A DNA stretch of 64,000 nucleotides from Candidatus Babelota bacterium (lineage in GTDB: Bacteria; Babelota; Babeliae; Babelales; Vermiphilaceae), in assembly GCA_049325595.1 (NCBI GenBank), contig JBMOLF010000009.1, positions 27,137 through 91,136 on the forward strand, in the 5' to 3' direction. The position numbers were made by a program, and so were the translations under genes. Of this stretch, positions 58,336 to 64,000 are shown in pieces. Position 1 is the first letter of the stretch; each line of letters starts with the position of its first letter. Below the pieces are notes generated by a model. It was not told the DNA's origin. It saw only the letters and a program-made list of their open reading frames with translations, and ran no database searches.

Positions 58336-59595
58336 ATGATTTTAAGAAAGTTTTTGTTAGCAATTGTACTTTTTTGTTCAATTACTGCTTATTGCAATCA
58401 ACAAGATAAAATTGCAGGTGCTATAATTGTTTCAGCAGTTGGCGATGCACTTGGCCGGGTCACTGAGTTTATTGATACTACTTTTAAGATACAACAAAAA
58501 TATGGTGCGCAAGGTATTACTTCTTTTGCCGATTTTAAGCCAACTGATGTAATACATAATAAAGCGCTTTATACCGATGATACCCTGATGGCAAAGATTT
58601 TGCTTGAAGAAGCACTCAAAGCAAAACAAAACAATTTGTCAGATGAATTATTCATAGGAAATTATGCGTTGCGGTGCAGCGAATTATTCGGCAAAAAATC
58701 AATGAGTGTTGACCCATATTGTTATTATCGCGCTCATGGGCCTACCAATATTAATGCTGGTCAAGTTTTAGAAGCGCTTTTTGAATTACAGCTTCAAGCA
58801 AAAAAAGAGGCAGAAGAGAAAAAGGAACAAAAAGAGATTGATCCTTGTTGGTGGGACCGCAATCGTGCAAATCAGCAAGCTTTGTATGGTGAAATTTTAA
58901 AAGAAGGTGGCTGCGGATCAGTTATGCGTGCATGGCCACTTGGCTTGCTTTATGGCAATGATACTAATCATCTTTGCATCTTAGCCGACAAACAATCACA
59001 ATTAACGCATCGTCATCCCATGGCACGCGCAGCTTCATGTGCTATTGCTTGTGGTGTAGCAGAAGCGTTACATGGTAAGAGTTTAGAAGAGATTGTACAA
59101 AAAATGGTAGAAGTAGCAGAGCAATTTGATAGTGAAGAAAAAACCTACAAACCGCAAGCAATTAAACTGGATAAAAATAATAGTTTGTATGATCCTAACT
59201 TGATTGCCAAAGACCAATTATTAACGAGTGATATGATTTGGTATGCTTACCAAATGGCAGTACAGGGGTATACACCTAATCTTGTTTTAGGAGTTAACAA
59301 TCAAAAACAACGTAACTATCGTTCTCCTCATGGTTATTTATTAGGCTGGTCGGCAGATGAAGCAGTAGCAGCAGCAGTGTATGTTTTTGCACGTCATTCA
59401 AAAAATTGTCATGCAGCACTCATTGAAGCAGTAAATACCCCAGGCGACAGCGATAGCATTGCGACATTAGCAGGCGCACTAGTTGGTGCTTATAATGGCC
59501 TAGAAGTATTTAATGCCCAATTTAATTATTCTATTCTAGAAAATAGGCAAGAACTCTTAGCGTTGGCAAAGAAAACAAGCGAATTGATTAAATAA
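58336..59595 (+). CDS. ADP-ribosylglycohydrolase (DraG/ARH family) with signal peptide
   Basis: GDALG...EF, YTDDT, GCGSVMR, LTHRHP, GDSDSIATLAGAL; ATG 58336 after AGGAG. Confidence 0.88.
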   Translation: MILRKFLLAIVLFCSITAYCNQQDKIAGAIIVSAVGDALGRVTEFIDTTFKIQQKYGAQGITSFADFKPTDVIHNKALYTDDTLMAKILLEEALKAKQNNLSDELFIGNYALRCSELFGKKSMSVDPYCYYRAHGPTNINAGQVLEALFELQLQAKKEAEEKKEQKEIDPCWWDRNRANQQALYGEILKEGGCGSVMRAWPLGLLYGNDTNHLCILADKQSQLTHRHPMARAASCAIACGVAEALHGKSLEEIVQKMVEVAEQFDSEEKTYKPQAIKLDKNNSLYDPNLIAKDQLLTSDMIWYAYQMAVQGYTPNLVLGVNNQKQRNYRSPHGYLLGWSADEAVAAAVYVFARHSKNCHAALIEAVNTPGDSDSIATLAGALVGAYNGLEVFNAQFNYSILENRQELLALAKKTSELIK

Positions 59596-59716
59596 ATTTT
59601 ATAACTGTGGATAGAGATGAAAACTTATCAAGGTCGCATGGAACTTTAAAAACTAAATTTGGCATTTAATTAAATGTATAAACCTAATTTTTAGATTTGA
59701 TTTCTTATAAAGATAG

Positions 59717-59743
59717 AACCCAGCATTTTACCGCTGGGTTTTT
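59717..59743. terminator. Intrinsic terminator between convergent genes
   Basis: AACCCAGC-attttacc-GCTGGGTT-TTT. Confidence 0.7.
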
Positions 59744-59751
59744 GAAATTAA

Positions 59752-60417
59752 TTATTTATGTAAATCTGTCCATACCAGCGCTGCGGATCCTTCAAAAGAT
59801 ATTGGAACAGCTTGATTCTGGCTTTTAGCAAAATCAATTGCTTTTTTATGGTTCATGTCAGCAGCGTAGAATGTTACTTTACTTTTATCTTTTATAAATG
59901 CAGCTTTGAGTTCTTCAGCTGCCACTGGTCCGCCACCAATTACAATAAAAAAATCACTGAGTGCTATGCGCGATTGAGAGACGGCGCTCAATGAATCATT
60001 TTCATCAAGTTTTTTTTCAATGTAGTACATTTGATCAGCATAAGTCGAAGGGGTAAATTTTGCGCTGTTTAAGAATTTTATTGGTGCAAGCCCAATAGTT
60101 GGTATGTTATGTTTTTTAGCTTGTTTGTATACTTGCCCAATACCAATATCATCAAAACCAGCAGCTACTACTAAAGATGAAGAATCAAATTGCTTAAGAA
60201 CATTATCAACGATATCAAGCATTTCTTGGTTGTTTTCATATTCAGCGACCGAATAACCAATAAAAGTGATAATAGTTTTGTTTTCTTTTTTTAATTGAGC
60301 GTACAACTGTTGTAAGTCATCAAGCTTTTTTATTGTTTTTTCAGCTGCATAACTATTTAAAATAATTAAACAACTTAAAGCGTTAATAGCTAGTGATATT
60401 TTTTTTGTTGTTATCAT
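59752..60417 (-). CDS. SLOG/LOG-like nucleotide-binding protein with signal peptide
   Basis: ITFIGYS, VVAAG..DIGIG, IPTIG, SR...SDFFIVIGGG...EE. Confidence 0.6.
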   Translation of the reverse strand: MITTKKISLAINALSCLIILNSYAAEKTIKKLDDLQQLYAQLKKENKTIITFIGYSVAEYENNQEMLDIVDNVLKQFDSSSLVVAAGFDDIGIGQVYKQAKKHNIPTIGLAPIKFLNSAKFTPSTYADQMYYIEKKLDENDSLSAVSQSRIALSDFFIVIGGGPVAAEELKAAFIKDKSKVTFYAADMNHKKAIDFAKSQNQAVPISFEGSAALVWTDLHK

Positions 60418-60425
60418 ATTTCTCC

Positions 60426-61406
60426 TTAATGGGTATCAATAGCCTTTAAATATTTTTCAATAGTTTCTATGCGTGCTTCCGGGCTTGGATGTGCGCCAAG
60501 GCGAGTATTATAGTAAAGCCAGTAATAAAGCTTGTGTAATTCATCAGCAAAAAAGAAGCGGATCTTAAAAAGTAGATTGTCGATAGTCCCGAATTTTTGT
60601 TGATGTGTTTGTAATAATGCTTTAGATGAAGTTATTTCGGCTTCATATTTTTTACGCTTTTCTATAACTCGTTGCATAAATTGTTTAAGACCTCGGCCTT
60701 TACCAACTGTTTTATAAGCAAATTCATCTGCTTGTTGTTCAAATCGTTTTCCAATAATTAATTGGGTAAATAATGCAGCCCAAATATTTGATTGGTAGTC
60801 ATTTTTTTGAAACTTATCAATTTTTGTAAAAAAAGAATCATTCATTCTAATGGGATTACGATCATAAATCCAAGACGCAACAAAAATATAAATTAATCGA
60901 TTCAATGCAAACATTTTATTGGTGTGATTATATTTTATATGTCCTAGTTCATGAGCAATTACTGATTCTAGTTCTTCATCAGTAACTTCATTGAGCATTT
61001 TTTGACCGATAAGTATGCCGCCACAACTTAAAAGAAGTTTTGCAGCAAATGCATTAAAAATAGATTTTTTGTTGGAGATAAAAATTACCGGAACCTTAAT
61101 TTTTTGCTCATTACAAATATTTTCAATGTGTGAATAAAGCTTAGGCATAGTACGTGAGTTTACAATAATCGTATCGGTATCTAAAAAAACTTTGTGTAAC
61201 AAACGATAGATAAATGAAAGCTGTTGGTGATTATAAATATCACGTTGAATATTTTTAAGATTTGATGCAACATCTTTATTGTCAAAAAATTCTTTGTACT
61301 CGGCAGTTTCTTTAAAAGCTTGAAATTCTTGCAAATATGTTTGATCTGCAAATCCAAAGTTGATGTAAAAAAATGATACTATAAATGTAATTCGAGCGAA
61401 TTTCAT
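60426..61406 (-). CDS. M48 (HtpX/Ste24-like) zinc metalloprotease
   Basis: NAFA, ELESVIAHELGHI, EQQAD, HPSPEARI. Confidence 0.88.
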   Translation of the reverse strand: MKFARITFIVSFFYINFGFADQTYLQEFQAFKETAEYKEFFDNKDVASNLKNIQRDIYNHQQLSFIYRLLHKVFLDTDTIIVNSRTMPKLYSHIENICNEQKIKVPVIFISNKKSIFNAFAAKLLLSCGGILIGQKMLNEVTDEELESVIAHELGHIKYNHTNKMFALNRLIYIFVASWIYDRNPIRMNDSFFTKIDKFQKNDYQSNIWAALFTQLIIGKRFEQQADEFAYKTVGKGRGLKQFMQRVIEKRKKYEAEITSSKALLQTHQQKFGTIDNLLFKIRFFFADELHKLYYWLYYNTRLGAHPSPEARIETIEKYLKAIDTH

Positions 61407-61529
61407 GAGGTGATTCCTTGATGGATAATTTGTGTTGCATTTGCTTTTTTTATCACATTTTTTGGCGAAGTTTTTTAAGATGTGACAAGGACAATGTAAT
61501 TGACTGGAGATAAAAGAGCAAACTTTATA

Positions 61530-62177
61530 TTAATATTTTTCAATAATTTTAAATTGCATTCTAGCTAAATCAATTAATGGTTCTATTTTTGTTCTATAAT
61601 AAGACAATCTTTTTATTGTATTTTTTTTATTATCTCCCAATCGTTGTTCTAATTGGTGGTTACAATTATCACAAACCATATGGTTAAGAGGAATTTTTGT
61701 TTTTAAATTGTAAATGCTATAGCAGTTAAAGCAGACAAGTCTATTTGAAATTCGATCTATGCATATTTTATCATTAATAATAAAATGAACATATACAATA
61801 GTTTCTTTAATTTTTAATTGTTCAAATAAATTATTTAAAAAATTAAATCCATCTATATTTCTTGGAAATCCATCAATAATAAATGGAATATTATTATGAA
61901 TACATTCTCGTACTTGATCATCAATAATTTTAAAAATTATTTGATCATCAATGTAATCCCCACTTTCTACAATTGTTTTGATAGATTTGCCTAGCTCAGT
62001 TTCATTTTTAATATGGGTTCTTAAAATATCTCCAGGACAAATTTGCTTATAATTGAACTCTTGTGTCATTTTTGATGAAAATGTCCCCTTCCCGCTGCCA
62101 GGTGGACCTATTAAAATATAATTTTCAAACCCATAGAGCGAGAAACAAAAAGACAATAATAATAAAATGATGATCAT
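61530..62177 (-). CDS. adk: Adenylate kinase family protein (Zn-lid) with signal peptide
   Basis: GPPGSGKGT, GDILR, IDGFPR, RLVCFNC...CDNC, QRLGD. Confidence 0.85.
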   Translation of the reverse strand: MIIILLLLSFCFSLYGFENYILIGPPGSGKGTFSSKMTQEFNYKQICPGDILRTHIKNETELGKSIKTIVESGDYIDDQIIFKIIDDQVRECIHNNIPFIIDGFPRNIDGFNFLNNLFEQLKIKETIVYVHFIINDKICIDRISNRLVCFNCYSIYNLKTKIPLNHMVCDNCNHQLEQRLGDNKKNTIKRLSYYRTKIEPLIDLARMQFKIIEKY

Positions 62178-62680
62178 AGCTTACCCTCTATTTCTTTTAA
62201 AATAGGAAGCAAATCGCTTTTTGCTTTATCGCCATTCATTAACCGAATTGATACTTCATTAGGTTTCAGCCAATAATATTCGACAAAATCATTCTTGTTA
62301 AAGGCCGGAACATCATTTGAATAAATGATATATACCCACATGAATGCTGAAGTGCCGTGAGTAAAAGGCGTTAACCGTGCAACTTTTTTGAAATTTATTT
62401 TTGTTATATCAATATTTAATTCTTCTTGTGTTTCGCGTATGAATGCAGTTTCATAATCTTCGCCACTCATAACATGGCCACCCACACTACAATCTAAATA
62501 AAGAGGGAATAGTTTTTTATCAGGATGTCGGCGCGGTATCCATAGTTTTTTTTCTGAGTTACATATAAATGCATTAATCACGCGAAAATGTAGTTTTTGC
62601 TGATAAATAACACTTCTTTTTTCTTTTTTTATTACTTTATCTTCTTTAGAAACTACGTCTAAAATCTCATCGCAACTCAT
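62174..62680 (-). CDS. NUDIX hydrolase (YfcD/IPP-isomerase-like)
   Basis: GGHVMSGEDYETAFIRETQEELNI Nudix box. Confidence 0.88.
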   Translation of the reverse strand: MSCDEILDVVSKEDKVIKKEKRSVIYQQKLHFRVINAFICNSEKKLWIPRRHPDKKLFPLYLDCSVGGHVMSGEDYETAFIRETQEELNIDITKINFKKVARLTPFTHGTSAFMWVYIIYSNDVPAFNKNDFVEYYWLKPNEVSIRLMNGDKAKSDLLPILKEIEGKL

Positions 62681-63031
62681 TTTCTACCCATTCAGATAAT
62701 TTTTAAAATTATTTTTATTTTGTTTAATTATTTCATTATAAGCTTTTTTGCTTGTTCAATTTTCATTAGCTTAAAATGAATAATGCTCTTATCGAAAATA
62801 ATATGTTCTTTATTGCCATAATTGCTTTATACAAAATTGCACGATACTACTAGAGCTTATCCGAAAATTCCCAAAAATTTAAAATTGTGAATAGCAGAGG
62901 CTAATTAACATAGGGATCAGAAAAGAACTTTTAGTTTTTGTCCAACAAAATTTGATGCCTCGATTCCATTGTTGAATGCCAAAAATTTGCCCGATTTTCT
63001 AGTGACCGCCAGGTTTAATTCTAACATTTAA

Positions 63032-63543
63032 ACCACATCCTGTTGATGTGGTAATAAATAGTTTGCTATGCATGTTCTAACTCATTGCTAACCTAAGATT
63101 GGTTACTCCCAGCAACAACAATCGAAGGTTAAGCAAATGAGTCGTTTTAGAAGCTTAGCACATAGTATATGGCATTGCCATTATCATATTGTTTGGGTTC
63201 CTAAATATAGGTTTCGCATATTAAAAGGAGAAGTGAGAGTTGAAAAAGCAATTAGATTGGTATCTGATAAAAAAGGATGTATAGTAATTGAACTGAATAT
63301 ACAAAAAGATCACGTACATCTGCTGGTGATGATTCCGTCTAAGTTATCGATATCAGGCTATGTCGGAATTGTAAAAGGTAAGAGGATATTGCGTTGACGC
63401 AGTTGGATTAGATCTAGAGAAAATAAAGAAGTACGTAAAATATCAAGAAAAGAAAGAACGAGAGCAGTAAATTAACAATGTTGGGAGCAAATCCTCTATG
63501 AGGATGTCTAAAAGCCGCCTCCTTTGGTGTCAGATTTATTTAC
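63032..63543 (+). mobile_element. Degenerate IS200/IS605-family element (tnpA only)
   Basis: Left hairpin ACCACATC-ctgtt-GATGTGGT (63032-63052), broken tnpA, decayed right-end hairpins; boundaries approximate. Confidence 0.7.
63137..63470 (+). pseudogene. tnpA: IS200-type HUH (Y1) transposase TnpA with an internal deletion and frameshift
   Basis: YHIVWVPKYR, DHVHLL, VKG; another frame then reads RGYCVDAVGLDLEKIKKYVKYQE-stop at 63470. Confidence 0.88.
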
Positions 63544-63670
63544 TTCCACATAATAGCCTTACCCACCTCCCAAGGATATTGAATGAATATAGGCATTGAA
63601 TTTGTTTTGCATGAGGAGAAAAAAAATAAAAAAATAAGTAATGATTTTTTTCATTTCTACCCCTGATACT

Positions 63671-64000
63671 CTATTTCTGTTCTAACTTTTTGGATAATTC
63701 ATAGAACTCATGCAGGCAGGAGCTCCATCTTTTCAACAAAATTTCTAATTGGGCTGCATGAAACCCTAATTTTAAATTGTAAAATTTACATAATGCTTCA
63801 TCTACTTTATTCAGCGATGTAAATTCTGAGCTTATTATATTATCAAAAAATGCAATATTCTTATTTATTAGATAAGTCGAATTGTGAAATTCAAAAGAAG
63901 TTAAAAGAGAGATAGGATAGCTCCTAGAAGCAAAAAGAGAGGAGCTACCCATGAAAAATATAGTAGAACTATACTGGATTGTTGATGAAGTGGTCAAGCA
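63671..64000 (-). CDS. Hypothetical protein, 5' end outside the window
   Basis: Open frame runs to the window edge; no recognisable motif. Confidence 0.45.
   Translation of the reverse strand, partial: CLTTSSTIQYSSTIFFMGSSSLFASRSYPISLLTSFEFHNSTYLINKNIAFFDNIISSEFTSLNKVDEALCKFYNLKLGFHAAQLEILLKRWSSCLHEFYELSKKLEQK

Noticed and set aside
59606..59614. Isolated DnaA-box-like TGTGGATAG
   Set aside because: A single mismatched copy is expected by chance.
62850..63010. CTAGAGCTTATCCGAAAA as an IS terminal repeat
   Set aside because: No matching partner end or transposase was found in the window.

Overview
AT-rich bacterial chromosomal segment. Its gene content (many small Sec-signal proteins, TPR and ankyrin-like proteins, a eukaryotic CaaX tail, a eukaryote-type rhamnose enzyme, a split T2SS) suggests an intracellular parasite of protists, probably Dependentiae/Babelota (TM6); this is inferred, not searched. 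The window holds a probable replication origin at 7.86-8.17 kb (two opposed arrays of four DnaA boxes at 11-bp pitch, an AT-rich tract, an apparent GC-skew switch, no dnaA nearby). It also carries housekeeping genes (nusA, infB, nfo, aspS, eno, dcd, tpiA, secG, mutL, rarA, mlaEF), a ParA + ribbon-helix-helix pair, a T2SS operon with two secretins (gspC-D-L-M-D), many candidate exported effectors and a decayed IS200/IS605 tnpA. The most striking feature is a nine-gene glycan cluster (45.1-53.3 kb). Every enzyme in it, including the normally cytoplasmic NDP-glucose 4,6-dehydratase, the plant/giant-virus-type rhamnose epimerase-reductase, the glycosyltransferases and the SAM methyltransferases, starts with a Sec-type signal peptide. 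This suggests an exported glycosylation pathway running on host nucleotide sugars. An adenylate kinase, an ADP-ribosylhydrolase, a SLOG protein and an aldonolactone oxidase show the same signal-peptide pattern. No rRNA, tRNA or CRISPR array was seen. All signal-peptide calls were made by eye.
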